The notes under the pieces were generated by a model, which saw only the letters and a program-made list of their open reading frames with translations, was not told the origin of the DNA and did not search any database. A stretch of 64,000 bases of DNA. Source: Planctomycetia bacterium. Lineage in GTDB: Bacteria; Planctomycetota; Planctomycetia; Pirellulales; UBA1268. The translations under genes were made by a program, and so were the position numbers. Location of the stretch: positions 18,214 to 82,213 of the forward strand of contig JBKDMX010000092.1 of the NCBI GenBank assembly GCA_046343855.1. The letters are read 5' to 3'. Below, one piece after another: positions 30,792-40,869 of this stretch (positions are counted from its first letter, which is position 1; the number at the start of each line of letters is the position of its first letter).

Positions 30792-33170
30792 GTGCGTTCG
30801 AGCGGTCGGTTCATCGCGGTCGCGGCCCTCGTGGCGGCCATCTTTCTCGGACGGCCGGCCCTGCTCGCGGCCGACGAGCCCGCCCTTTCGCCGGAGAAAA
30901 TCCAGCGGGCGATCGAGAAGGCCCGCGACTGGCTGCTCCGCGAGCAGAAGCCCAACGGCACCTGGGAATGCGGCATGCGCACGCAAGACACCCGGGTGGG
31001 CGCCACGGCGCTCGTCGTGCTCGCGCTGGCCAACGCCGGCGTCGAGGCCGAGCATCCGGCGCTGCGCAAGAGCCTCGACTGGCTCCGGCAGCAGAAATCG
31101 GAAGAAACCTACTCGGTGGCGTTGCAAACGATGGCGCTGGCGATGCTCGCCCCCGACACCGACCGACCGATCCTCGAGCGCAACGTGCAATGGCTCGAAG
31201 CGACGCAGGTTACCAACGGCCCCGCGGCCGGCTCCTGGTCGTATGGCAAGGCGAAGGGGACGGGCGACAACTCCAACTCACAGTTCGCGCTGCTCGGCCT
31301 GCACGAGGCCAACCGCGCGGGCATTCAAGTCGATCCGCGGGTCTGGCGGCTGGCCCACCAATACTGGGTGTCGGCCGCCAATGGCGACGGCTCCTGGGGC
31401 TATACGATCGGCAATAGCGGCGGCTCCGGCAGCATGACCTGCGCGGGGATCGCCAGCGTGTGGATCACGGCCGAGCACATCGGGGCCCCGGCGGCGATGG
31501 CCAACCGTGAGACGGTCGCCTGCTGCGGCGGCGGCTCCTCTCCCAAGGTGCTCGACCGCGCACTCGACTGGCTCGGCAAGAAGTTCACGGTGCTGGAAAA
31601 CCCCGGCGGCGGGCGGACGTGGCACTACTACTATCTCTATGGCCTCGAGCGGGTGGGGAGATTCACGGCGCGGCGATTCATCGGCCAGGCCGACTGGTAT
31701 CTCGAGGGCGCGCGGATGTTCGTGAAGACGCAGGATCCCTTCACGGGTTCGTTTCGTGCCGGGCCGATCGAAGACCCCGTCGTGGCGACGAGTTTCGCGC
31801 TGCTCTTTCTCGCCAAGGGCCGCCGCCCCGTGATCGTCGCCAAGAGCAGCCACGATCCCGGCAGCGACTGGAATCGCCACGGCCACGACATCGCCCACCT
31901 CGTCGAGCATGTCGAGGCACAGTGGAAAAAGGATTATCCCGCCGGCCTCTCCTGGCACGTGCTCGACACGCCGAATGCCACGCTCGACGACTTTCAGCAG
32001 GCGCCCGTGCTCTGGCTGTCGGGCAAGAATGCGTTCGATCTCGGCGCCGACGCAGGCCCGCGGCTGCGGCGCTACATCGACGAGGGGGGCTTCATCTTCG
32101 CCGAGGCCTGCTGCCCGTCGAGCGGTGAGTTTGACCGGCGGCTGCGGGAGCTCGTCGGCGAGATCTTTCCCGAGCCGGAATACCGGCTGCACCTGCTGCC
32201 ACCGGAACACCCAGCCTGGCACGCCGAGCAGCTCGTGCCGCCGGAATTGCACCGGCCGCTCCTGGGCATCGACTACGGCTGCCGCACGTGCCTGATCTAT
32301 GCTCCACCGACGGACCTCGACAAAAATGGCCCGTCGATGCCGAGCCTCTCCTGCCTGTGGGAGATCGGCGGCCCCTCCCGCGCGGGCCTGCCGCCGACGA
32401 TCCGCGGCGAGGTCGATGCGGCGCTCGCCATCGGGATGAACGTGCTGGCCTACGCGACGAACCGCGAGCTCAAGCGGAAGGACGAACTCTTCGCGATCGA
32501 ACGCCCGGTGGATGCGCCGCGCGACCGCTTCGAGCGCGGCCAGCTCGCGATCGGCAAGCTCCGCCATGCCGGCATGTGCGACGCGGCGCCCGCGGCGCTC
32601 GCCAATATTCTCCGGGCCGCGGCCCGCGAGCTCGATCTCCGCGTGGACGATTCACCGAGCCAGATCGACCCGGCAGACCCGCGGCTCTACGACTATCACC
32701 TCGTCTTTATGCACGGCCGCCAGGGCTTCACGTTCGACGAAGTCGGCCGCGCGGGCCTCCGGCAGTTTCTCGCCCGCGGCGGCACGCTGCTCGCCGACAG
32801 CGTCTGCGCCTCGAGCGGATTCACCGCCGCCTTCCGCGCGGAGATCGCCGCCGTCCTCCCCGACGGCAGGCTCGAGGAGATTCCCGCCGACGATCCGATC
32901 TTCTCGGCGGGCGAATACGGCGGCTTCGACATCCGCGAGGTGACGCTCCGCGAGCCGTCCGGCGGCGACGGTCCGCTCGCGGCCCGCAAGCGGCGAATCG
33001 CCCCGAAGCTCGAGGGCGTGCGGATCGGCGACCGCTGGGCCGTGATCTTCTCCCCATACGACCTCTCCTGCGCGCTGGAAAAGCAAAACTCGCTCGAGTG
33101 CACCGGCTACGACCGCGACGACGCCGAGAAGATCGCCCTCAACGTGCTCCTCTACTCCTTGAACCACTGA
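30792..33170 (+). CDS. Secreted protein with prenyltransferase-like alpha-toroid repeats and DUF4159-type domains
   Basis: Signal peptide, QxxxGxW-type repeats (QKPNGTW, NGDGSWGY), DNSNSQFALLGL, YYLYGLERVG, two GGFIF/GGTLLAD domains. GTG start inferred; the 5' part of the track ORF is antisense to MoxR. Confidence 0.75.
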   Translation: MRSSGRFIAVAALVAAIFLGRPALLAADEPALSPEKIQRAIEKARDWLLREQKPNGTWECGMRTQDTRVGATALVVLALANAGVEAEHPALRKSLDWLRQQKSEETYSVALQTMALAMLAPDTDRPILERNVQWLEATQVTNGPAAGSWSYGKAKGTGDNSNSQFALLGLHEANRAGIQVDPRVWRLAHQYWVSAANGDGSWGYTIGNSGGSGSMTCAGIASVWITAEHIGAPAAMANRETVACCGGGSSPKVLDRALDWLGKKFTVLENPGGGRTWHYYYLYGLERVGRFTARRFIGQADWYLEGARMFVKTQDPFTGSFRAGPIEDPVVATSFALLFLAKGRRPVIVAKSSHDPGSDWNRHGHDIAHLVEHVEAQWKKDYPAGLSWHVLDTPNATLDDFQQAPVLWLSGKNAFDLGADAGPRLRRYIDEGGFIFAEACCPSSGEFDRRLRELVGEIFPEPEYRLHLLPPEHPAWHAEQLVPPELHRPLLGIDYGCRTCLIYAPPTDLDKNGPSMPSLSCLWEIGGPSRAGLPPTIRGEVDAALAIGMNVLAYATNRELKRKDELFAIERPVDAPRDRFERGQLAIGKLRHAGMCDAAPAALANILRAAARELDLRVDDSPSQIDPADPRLYDYHLVFMHGRQGFTFDEVGRAGLRQFLARGGTLLADSVCASSGFTAAFRAEIAAVLPDGRLEEIPADDPIFSAGEYGGFDIREVTLREPSGGDGPLAARKRRIAPKLEGVRIGDRWAVIFSPYDLSCALEKQNSLECTGYDRDDAEKIALNVLLYSLNH

Positions 33171-33171
33171 T

Positions 33172-33254
33172 GTACGACGGGCCTCCGTGCCTGACGGCTG
33201 TTCGAAGACAGGCAGAGACGCCTGTCCTACGTAGGATAGGCCTCCGTGCCTGTC
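33172..33254. repeat. REP triplet
   Basis: GTACGACGGGCCTCCGTGCCTGAC (33172), GACAGGCAGAGACGCCTGTCCTAC (33207), GTAGGATAGGCCTCCGTGCCTGTC (33231). Confidence 0.85.
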
Positions 33255-33294
33255 CCCGCAGGCACGCACTTCGATACACGCTCCCGGGGGCCGG

Positions 33295-34128
33295 CTACTG
33301 GGAGAGATAGAGGGGCAGCGGGCTGGCGCGGAGCAGTTTCAGGGCCGTCTCTCCGAACAGCTTCCGCAGCAGCAGGTTTTTCGCGCTGTTTCCGGCCACG
33401 ATCAAGTCGGCACCCCATTGCTGCGCATACGGTACGAGCTCGTGCCGCGGGTCACCGTTGACTGCGTCGGTGTCGACCGTGCGGCCGTGCGCCCGGAAGT
33501 AGCCTGCCGCCATTTCGACGCGGCGGGCAGCCGCAGCGGCATCGTCATTGAAGCAGACGATACGCACAGCAGCGTCCGGATAGAGCCCTGAATGCACGAA
33601 CTGCTTGAATGTTTTCGCGCTCTCGAGCGACCCGGAATACGCCACCAGCACCCGGCGGATCGGCCGATCTTCCTCGGGGATCGCGAGGATGGGCCGCACT
33701 CCATCGGCGACGAGCCGCTCGAGGGCATCGGAGGGCTCCGGCACCACGCCATGCTCGAAGAGACCATGCAGGCCGAAGACACAGAGGTCGTGATACCGCA
33801 CGATATCGGCGGCGATGGCGAACGGATCGCCTGTCTCCTCGACGACACGGTGCGTCACCCTCTCGGCGAGGCAGCGCTGGGCGAAGAGTTTCGTGGCCGA
33901 AGCGATCTCGGCGGCGGCCTGCTCGTACCGCTGACGGCGGAGGTCGGCCGCTGCCGCCTCGACCCCCACGCCGATCGGCTTCGGGCCGGTCCAATCAAGC
34001 CGGAGGGGATCGGTCACAGCCAGGCCGACGAGTTCACCGTCATTGGCCTTCGCGATACGGATCGCCTGCGCCGTGACGGCGGCGGCCGTGCGGGTCGTGC
34101 CGAGCCCGACGAGAACTCTCTTGATCAT
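33295..34128 (-). CDS. Universal stress protein (tandem Usp domains)
   Basis: MIKRVLVG, RVLVAYSGS.ES, ADLIVAG, LFGETA..LL...PL. Confidence 0.88.
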   Translation of the reverse strand: MIKRVLVGLGTTRTAAAVTAQAIRIAKANDGELVGLAVTDPLRLDWTGPKPIGVGVEAAAADLRRQRYEQAAAEIASATKLFAQRCLAERVTHRVVEETGDPFAIAADIVRYHDLCVFGLHGLFEHGVVPEPSDALERLVADGVRPILAIPEEDRPIRRVLVAYSGSLESAKTFKQFVHSGLYPDAAVRIVCFNDDAAAAARRVEMAAGYFRAHGRTVDTDAVNGDPRHELVPYAQQWGADLIVAGNSAKNLLLRKLFGETALKLLRASPLPLYLSQ

Positions 34129-34192
34129 CTGCGTCTCCTTCGAAATCGGTCCGGACGAGCCGGGACCTCGAGACGGATTATCCGGCCAGCCT

Positions 34193-35212
34193 TCAGGAAA
34201 GTCGATACACCAGCCAGAGCGCCCCGAAAACGATCAGCAGCACGAGCCAGGCATCCGGCTCGAAGAGCGGCAGCCGTCGTTCGACGCGATAGAGTTGGCC
34301 GAGCACCGCCACCGCCGTCGCGGCGATGACCGCGAGCGCCGTCAGGGCATGGATCGGCGACGCCGCGGAGAAAAGCGAACCAGGATGCGCAGCATCGAGC
34401 GGCGCGAAGAGAACCATATTGAAGGCGTTGCTGCCGAACGTGTTGCCGATCGCCAGATCGACTGCGCCACACCGGATCGCAGCGATCGTGGCGACGCACT
34501 CGGGCAACGACGTGGTCAAGGCAACGAGCGTGGTGCCGATGAATGAACCTCCGAGCCCCGAACGATCGGCAAGTGCGGCGGCCGTCCGAGCCAACATCGG
34601 CCCGGCGACACAAAGCACGGCAGCCGCAGTAGCGAACGAGCCCGCCGCCGGCGCGAGCTCCTTCCACTTCCAAGGCTCGGGCTGTCGGTGTTCCTCCGCG
34701 GGCGCCGCCTCGGCCGCGGCCCGCGCCGAGATTCGCTGATCGATGAAGATCATCCTTGCGCCGAGGATGTAGGCGGCAAGCAGCGACCATGACCAACCAC
34801 CGATGCCGAGCCAGGAAAAGTGCGGAAGCCGACCGGCGGTGAGCAAGGCGGCTCCGGCGATGGCGGTCAGGGCAATCCCGAGCGTTGCCGACAGGGCATG
34901 GGAAGCGGCTTCCCGCGAGAGCATCGGCCGACCGGTCCGTTGCAGAAGATCGGCGACCGCGAGAATGAGCAGGTTCATGAGGCTGCTGCCGAGCAAGTCG
35001 CCCACGGCCAGGTCAGGATGTCCCTGGCGCACGGCTGCGAGATCGACCGTCAGTTCCGGCAGCGACGTAGCGGCCGCCAGGAGCAGGCTGCCGACGAGCA
35101 GTCTGCCAAGCCGCGTGGCGTCGGCGATCGTATCGGCCGACCGCGCGAGGACGATGCCGGCCACCGCAACCACGGCGGCAAGCCCGGCAAAGCTCAGTGC
35201 GAGTGAAGCCAT
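34193..35212 (-). CDS. Sodium:calcium antiporter (CaCA/YrbG-like)
   Basis: Alpha repeats ATSLPE...GDLLGS and TTSLPE...GNTFGSN. Confidence 0.9.
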   Translation of the reverse strand: MASLALSFAGLAAVVAVAGIVLARSADTIADATRLGRLLVGSLLLAAATSLPELTVDLAAVRQGHPDLAVGDLLGSSLMNLLILAVADLLQRTGRPMLSREAASHALSATLGIALTAIAGAALLTAGRLPHFSWLGIGGWSWSLLAAYILGARMIFIDQRISARAAAEAAPAEEHRQPEPWKWKELAPAAGSFATAAAVLCVAGPMLARTAAALADRSGLGGSFIGTTLVALTTSLPECVATIAAIRCGAVDLAIGNTFGSNAFNMVLFAPLDAAHPGSLFSAASPIHALTALAVIAATAVAVLGQLYRVERRLPLFEPDAWLVLLIVFGALWLVYRLS

Positions 35213-35357
35213 TTCATGAGATCTCGGTTTGCGCGAATACCAGCCCACCCACTTTAACAGCCCCACCCAGACAGCCAGCCTGAGGCCGTGACGACTGGGC
35301 AAATCTGATCGATCGAGTCGACCCTGCCGATAAAGAAGGGCGTAGGGTGCGTGCAAC

Positions 35358-36866
35358 GTGCTTCGTGCGAAGCAGTTGCGCTCCCTTGCGCTGCTTCCTC
35401 GCGGGAGTCTCGTGGCTGCCTCAATCGGTTCTCGGTGGATCTGCAGAGCAGCTGCGTGCGCGGCCGTGGTCGCGTTCTGCCTGTGCGGCCCATCGGTGCG
35501 CGGGCAGGCGCCCGTGATCGCGGAGGAGATTCCGCCCCCCGCCGCGGTCGTCGAGGAACTGCAGACAGACCTCCGCCGACTCGAGAAGGAGATCAAGGCC
35601 CTCCGCTCCCAGCAGGACAAGGCCGCCGAAGCCGCCGACAAAAAGAAAAAGGACGAAGCGAAGAAGCCGCTCTTCATCCTCAGCGGCCAGATGCAGGCCG
35701 ACCAGATCTACTTCGGGCAGGATCAGATCAGCCGCGACGCCGTGGGCGACCTGCAGGACGGCGCCCAGTTTCGCCGCCTTCGCATCGGCGGCCGGGGCAC
35801 GGCATTCGACGTCTTCGAATACTCGCTCGGCGTCGACTTCGCGCTCGCCAACCAGCCGAGCTACCTCGACAACTACATCGAGTGGAAGCAACTGCCCTAT
35901 CTGCAGAACGTCCGCGCCGGCCACTACTTCGAGCCCTTCTCGCTCGAACGCGTCACGCAGAACCGCAACAACACGTTCATGGAACGGTCGCTTGTCGACA
36001 CGTTCGCCCCGGCCCGCAACATGGGGATCATGGCCTATGGCAACACGGAAGACGAACTGGCCACCTGGGCGATCGGCACCTTCCGCACCAATAGCGACAA
36101 CACGGGCAACGACTCATTCGACAGCGGCCAGGCGCTGACGATGCGCGGCACCTGGTTGCCGTGGTGGGACGAGGCGAGCGACGGCCGGTATTACCTCCAC
36201 CTCGGAAGCGCCTACAGCTACCGCGACGCCTCCCAGAATCAGGTGCGCTTCCGCAACACGCCGGAAATCCGCAAGCAGCAGCCGGCAAACGTACTCGGCC
36301 CCGTCGGCCCGCCGTCGCCGAGCAATTACCAAAACGGCGTCCCCAGCCCCTTCGCGCCGATCTTCGTCGATACCGGCAACATCAAGGACGTCGACCATTT
36401 CCAGCTCTTCGACCCGGAGTTTGCGCTCATCCTGGGGCCTTTGTCGCTGCAATCAGAGTATGCATTCGCCGCGGTGCATCGCACCGGCCGGCCAGACCTC
36501 TTCTTCAACGGCTACATGGCGCAGGTGAGCTATTTCCTCACCGGTGAGCACCGCCCCTACGACCGGAAGCAGGGCATCCACAAGCGGGTCGAGCCCTTCG
36601 AAGACTTCTTCCGCGTCCGCACGAAGTCGCAGGGCATCCAGACGGGGCTCGGCGCCTGGGAGATCGCGGCCCGGTTCTCGAACATCGTGCTCAACGACAA
36701 AGACATCAAGGGCAACAACCTGACCGACTTCACCGTGGGCCTCAATTGGTATCTGAACCCCTACACCCGCTGGAAGTTCAACTACATCCGCGCGTTTCTC
36801 GAGGACGAGCGGGCTGGCAACAGCCTCACCGATGCCTACGGCATGCGGTTCGACTACGACTTCTAA
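35358..36866 (+). CDS. OprO/OprP-family anion-selective porin
   Basis: FRRLRIG, GHYFEPFSLE, TFMERS, SYFLTGEHRPY, GAWEIAARFS, GLNWYLNP, C-terminal F. Start uncertain. Confidence 0.88.
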   Translation: MLRAKQLRSLALLPRGSLVAASIGSRWICRAAACAAVVAFCLCGPSVRGQAPVIAEEIPPPAAVVEELQTDLRRLEKEIKALRSQQDKAAEAADKKKKDEAKKPLFILSGQMQADQIYFGQDQISRDAVGDLQDGAQFRRLRIGGRGTAFDVFEYSLGVDFALANQPSYLDNYIEWKQLPYLQNVRAGHYFEPFSLERVTQNRNNTFMERSLVDTFAPARNMGIMAYGNTEDELATWAIGTFRTNSDNTGNDSFDSGQALTMRGTWLPWWDEASDGRYYLHLGSAYSYRDASQNQVRFRNTPEIRKQQPANVLGPVGPPSPSNYQNGVPSPFAPIFVDTGNIKDVDHFQLFDPEFALILGPLSLQSEYAFAAVHRTGRPDLFFNGYMAQVSYFLTGEHRPYDRKQGIHKRVEPFEDFFRVRTKSQGIQTGLGAWEIAARFSNIVLNDKDIKGNNLTDFTVGLNWYLNPYTRWKFNYIRAFLEDERAGNSLTDAYGMRFDYDF

Positions 36867-36895
36867 ACGCGATCCGAAAGCCGGAGAATCACGCC

Positions 36896-37501
36896 ATGCA
36901 CAAGCGAATCATCACTGCCATGCTGCTGGCCGCCGTCCTGCTCGCCTGTGGGGCGGCCGACAAACAGAAGGCCACCGACAAACCTGAAGACTTGAGCAAG
37001 CCGAAGGCCTCCGAAAAGGCCAAAGGCAAAGATGACAAGGGCAAGGACGACAAGAAAAAGTCGAAGGAAGACGAAAAGCCCGCCTGCATGCACTGCGGCG
37101 CCACCTGCGGGCTCACTCCCATCTGCGTCTGCGAGCCGGGCACGAAGAAAGAGCCGAAGGTCGAGTTCGACGTGAAGTGCGAGCCGATCTGCGTGGCCGG
37201 CTGTAGCAGCAAGCCCTGGCCGTTCGGGCTGTGCCACAAACACGTCAGCTGCACGAACTGCTGCGAGGAGCCGTGCCGGTGCCCGGGCTGGGTGCAGAAC
37301 GTCAAGAAACTGAAGAAGGAGACGACCGACGAGGAGGTGGCCACGATCAAGCGCAAGGTGGCTTACATCTGCGACTGTTGCGCAGGTGGTGGTCCTATCG
37401 CCTCATGCACGGGAAGTTGCTGCGACGATCGCTGCGAGCACGGGCGCGCAGACTGGTGGTCGCTCCTCACTCGGTGGTGGCCACGAAGGCCCGCGGGATG
37501 A
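36896..37501 (+). CDS. Cys-rich putative lipoprotein
   Basis: Signal with LLAC lipobox, Lys/Asp-rich linker, 22 Cys in 201 aa; GGAG RBS. Confidence 0.65.
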   Translation: MHKRIITAMLLAAVLLACGAADKQKATDKPEDLSKPKASEKAKGKDDKGKDDKKKSKEDEKPACMHCGATCGLTPICVCEPGTKKEPKVEFDVKCEPICVAGCSSKPWPFGLCHKHVSCTNCCEEPCRCPGWVQNVKKLKKETTDEEVATIKRKVAYICDCCAGGGPIASCTGSCCDDRCEHGRADWWSLLTRWWPRRPAG

Positions 37502-37541
37502 AAAAGAACCGGCCGCGCCGCCCGAGGGGCAGCGCGGCCGG
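37501..37541 (-). terminator. Rho-independent terminator of the sulfate/DUF1559 operon
   Basis: Stem CCGGCCGCGC...GCGCGGCCGG (37509-37541) followed on the minus strand by TTCTTTTT. Confidence 0.75.
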
Positions 37542-37574
37542 GTGCGACTGGAATCTCTTCCGGGAGGTGGCAGC

Positions 37575-38756
37575 TTAATACCGTCCCTTATCGCCAGTGA
37601 TGGTCTCTCCGCCGGCTCGCGTCACGAGCGACGAGAAGAGGCGGATCGAGATGTTGGAATTGATGAGCTTCACGCTGCCATCGCCAAAGGCCACGTTGGC
37701 CCCAGAGGGATGAAAGGCATAAACCTCACCGCCGCCGTCCGTGCCGTAGTAGCCGGTCTGAAACGCAGCCGTCTCGATGCTCTCACCATTGGTGGCATTC
37801 ACGACCTTCGTCGGTGACGAGCGGAACGTGGCGCCGTTTGCCGTTGAGCCATCGATCGAGAGGTCACTTGCCGGACGCACCCAGCCGCCCGCATTCACGC
37901 GGCGGGCCGGGAACTGGGCTGTGGTGTCATCGGCCCGCTTGCGGCCGCGGTAGACGAAAGGCCGACCGGCGCTTTCTGCCAACAGAATCGTGTTGGACAG
38001 GCCGTCGGTGGCATCCTTCAGGCTCGGCTTGAACCCGTCGCCGTAGTCCTTGCTCATCAGACCGTCTCCCGGGCTGGCCCGCGTGTTGCCGGCGTTCGTC
38101 GGCGCCGCAGCGGCTGCGACATCGGCAAGATTGTCGTTCGGCGTGCCGGTCGTATTCGCCAAGGCAAAATCGACGTAGACCGTCGGCGAATAGTCGGTCG
38201 GGGCGCAGAACAGGCCGTTCGTCGAAAAGCCGTTGCCAGCCGGATTGACCACTGCCCGCGTTGCCGTCGTGGGATACGCGAAGGGCTGCGTGCTCGACTG
38301 CGGGTCGGCGTCGTAGCGACTATCCGGCCCCGGAGCAGAGCCGCACTCCACGACCCCGAGCCGCGTGTGGGCGAGCACGGCATTGGGGATCGTGAAGCCA
38401 GCAGCCGGCGTCACGGAGCCCCAGTTCGAGTTCTGGTCGTAGCTGTCGAACAGCGCATTCTGCTCGAGAAACGGCAGGATGCGCGTGATCCACGAAATCC
38501 GCACGGTGCCCGGCCTCGCGCTGTTGGGCACCTGGCCGGCGTTGCCATCGGCGAAGGTTTGGCAGGCGAGGGCCAACTGCTTCATGTTGTTGGTGCACGC
38601 TGACCGCCGGGCGGCCTCTCGAGCCGTTTGCACAGCGGGCAAAAGCAGCCCGACGAGCGTGCCGATGATCGCGATCACGACCAGAAGCTCGACGAGCGTG
38701 AAGCCGCGTCGGCTCGGCGGCGGGGATGGCGGAACTGATTTCAGATAGATACGCAT
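37575..38756 (-). CDS. DUF1559 prepilin-type protein
   Basis: RRGFTLVELLVVIAIIG.LV.LLLPAVQ.AREAARR..C.NN.KQ; C-terminal HPSGANVAFGDGSV (H-X9-DG); AAGGAG RBS. Confidence 0.93.
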   Translation of the reverse strand: MRIYLKSVPPSPPPSRRGFTLVELLVVIAIIGTLVGLLLPAVQTAREAARRSACTNNMKQLALACQTFADGNAGQVPNSARPGTVRISWITRILPFLEQNALFDSYDQNSNWGSVTPAAGFTIPNAVLAHTRLGVVECGSAPGPDSRYDADPQSSTQPFAYPTTATRAVVNPAGNGFSTNGLFCAPTDYSPTVYVDFALANTTGTPNDNLADVAAAAAPTNAGNTRASPGDGLMSKDYGDGFKPSLKDATDGLSNTILLAESAGRPFVYRGRKRADDTTAQFPARRVNAGGWVRPASDLSIDGSTANGATFRSSPTKVVNATNGESIETAAFQTGYYGTDGGGEVYAFHPSGANVAFGDGSVKLINSNISIRLFSSLVTRAGGETITGDKGRY

Positions 38757-38814
38757 GACCACTCTCCTTGGGGTGACAACTCACGAAACGAACGAAACGA
38801 ACGAAAAATCAGAG

Positions 38815-39456
38815 TTAGCGCCGCACCAGCACCTTGAGGCCGACGAGATCCTCCGTCACGAGCACGCGCAGCGGTGTCTGGGCCGGATCGGCGTAGATCT
38901 TCGGAACGACAGGGGCTTTCTTGCCGCGGGGCGAAGGCCCACCTTCGACGACGATGGCGTAGCTGCCGGCCGGGATTCCCACCGTTGGATCATTGCTGAA
39001 CGTGCCGTCGGCGGCCGTGAAGACGGCCTGCGTGAAGGCTTCGCCGTCTGGGGCTTTGCCATGAAACACGAGCGTGACCCGCCCGAGCGGCTTGCCGTCG
39101 ATCATCGCGGTGCCCGCGATCGAGTGTCGGGCCACCGGCCGCGCCATGAGCGCGCCGGCGAAGAGCAGCCCGCCGACCGCGAGGACGACGACGACCGTGA
39201 GCCCCCAGCGCACGGCCCCGAGCCGCGATACCGATTCGCCGATCGTGTCGGAGACGGAGCCAATGGCGCCGCCGAGAGCCGACTGCCGACGCTGCGGCTC
39301 CGAGCCATATTTATGGCGGCGACGGCGGTCGTCGATGAGCCGCCGCAGCGCCTCGTCGGCGGCAGCCGACGTCGCGTTGCCGGGATTCTTGCTGCGGCCG
39401 GAGATCGAGATCCGCGCCCGCGGATCAGACGGCATCGAGAATGCTGCGGTGGCCAT
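38815..39456 (-). CDS. Single-TM protein with carboxypeptidase-regulatory-like domain (DUF1559 partner type)
   Basis: TM followed by G...DGKPL....FH, T.ADG.F, G.P.G.Y, VPKIY....TPL. Confidence 0.6.
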   Translation of the reverse strand: MATAAFSMPSDPRARISISGRSKNPGNATSAAADEALRRLIDDRRRRHKYGSEPQRRQSALGGAIGSVSDTIGESVSRLGAVRWGLTVVVVLAVGGLLFAGALMARPVARHSIAGTAMIDGKPLGRVTLVFHGKAPDGEAFTQAVFTAADGTFSNDPTVGIPAGSYAIVVEGGPSPRGKKAPVVPKIYADPAQTPLRVLVTEDLVGLKVLVRR

Positions 39457-39548
39457 GTCGAGGGCTCCTTACGGTGAGCCATCGCGGTCCTCCGGTCATT
39501 CCGGTCAGCGTCGCGGGGGGGGAATCGGAAAAGGTTGTTTCGAAGTTC

Positions 39549-39764
39549 TTATCGTTGACTTCGTGGTGGAGTCGTCTTTTCAAGCCTTGTCTTTTCGGTG
39601 CGTTCGATCTGCACGACCACGCCGTCCTGCACGATGGCCAGCACCGACCCGAATCGCAGGCCGTGCAGGGCATCGCCGATCCGACGCAGCGCCGCATCGG
39701 CCCGCGAAGCCTCGCTCCGTCCGTCGGACGCCAGGGCAGGCGAATTGTGCGTTTCGTGCGTCAT
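39549..39764 (-). CDS. YezD/DUF2292 family small protein
   Basis: I..AL.GLRFGSV...VQDG.VVQIERTEK.RL signature. Confidence 0.85.
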   Translation of the reverse strand: MTHETHNSPALASDGRSEASRADAALRRIGDALHGLRFGSVLAIVQDGVVVQIERTEKTRLEKTTPPRSQR

Positions 39765-39786
39765 GGCGAATCAGACGAATGCGGGG

Positions 39787-40869
39787 TCAGATGACGTATT
39801 CGGGGCCGGGGATGAACACTCGTGCCCGACGCGGTGTGATCGCCACATGCGCGCCTGGCTCCAGATTGATCCGCAAATGCCGTGCCGTTTCCGTCGGAAT
39901 ATCGACGTGCAGCTCCTGCTCGGAGCCGTGGGGCTGGCAGGCCACCCGCGTGATGGCGCCCGATCGGCTCACCCGCAGCACGCTCGCCGGCAGCGAGGTG
40001 CCGAGGCGGTTGGCCACGGCCGACGGCGGCGAAAGCTCGAGCTCGTGCGGCCGCAGGTAGACGCGGGCCTCGCGGGCCTGGGCATGGGGATATTCGGGGT
40101 AGTCGATCGGGATGCCGTGCCAGAAGGCACGGCCATTTTCCACGCGGCCGTGATAGACGTTCACGTTGCCGAGGAAGTCCATCACGAACGGCGTGGCCGG
40201 ATGGTCGAACACGTCGTCGGGCGTACCGTTTTGCTCGATCTGCCCGTGATTCATGACGACGACCCGGTCGGCCAGTTCGAAGGCCTCTTCCTGGTCGTGC
40301 GTGACGAACACGCTCGTCATGCCGATCTCGTCGTGGAGCCGGCGGAGCCACTGCCGCAGTTCGACCCGCACCTTCGCATCGAGCGCCCCGAACGGCTCGT
40401 CGAGCAGGAGGATCTTCGGCCGGATGGCGAGCGCCCGGGCGAGCGCCACCCGCTGCCGTTGTCCGCCGGAAAGCTGCGAGGGCTTCCGACCACCGAGCCC
40501 CTCGAGCCGCACGAGGTGGAGAAGCTCCTCGACGCGGCGGCGAACCTCTTCCGCCGGCGTCTTCCGCAACCGCAGGCCGAAGGCGATGTTTTCAAACACG
40601 CTCATGTGGCGGAAGAGGGCGTAGTGCTGAAACACGAAGCCCACCTCGCGCTCGCGGGCGTGCCGCTCGGTGATGTCTTCGCCGTCCTCCTCGATCAGCC
40701 CTTCGTCGGGGAATTCGAGGCCGGCGATGATCCGCAGGAGCGTGGTCTTGCCCGAGCCAGAGGGCCCCAGCAGGGCCAAGAGCGTGCCGTCTGGCACGTC
40801 GAGCGAGACGCTGTCGAGCGCCCGGAACGAGCCGAAGGATTTCGTGATCTCACGGACATGAATGCTCAT
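39787..40869 (-). CDS. cysA: Sulfate ABC transporter ATP-binding protein
   Basis: [49 protein letters not shown]. Confidence 0.95.
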   Translation of the reverse strand: MSIHVREITKSFGSFRALDSVSLDVPDGTLLALLGPSGSGKTTLLRIIAGLEFPDEGLIEEDGEDITERHAREREVGFVFQHYALFRHMSVFENIAFGLRLRKTPAEEVRRRVEELLHLVRLEGLGGRKPSQLSGGQRQRVALARALAIRPKILLLDEPFGALDAKVRVELRQWLRRLHDEIGMTSVFVTHDQEEAFELADRVVVMNHGQIEQNGTPDDVFDHPATPFVMDFLGNVNVYHGRVENGRAFWHGIPIDYPEYPHAQAREARVYLRPHELELSPPSAVANRLGTSLPASVLRVSRSGAITRVACQPHGSEQELHVDIPTETARHLRINLEPGAHVAITPRRARVFIPGPEYVI

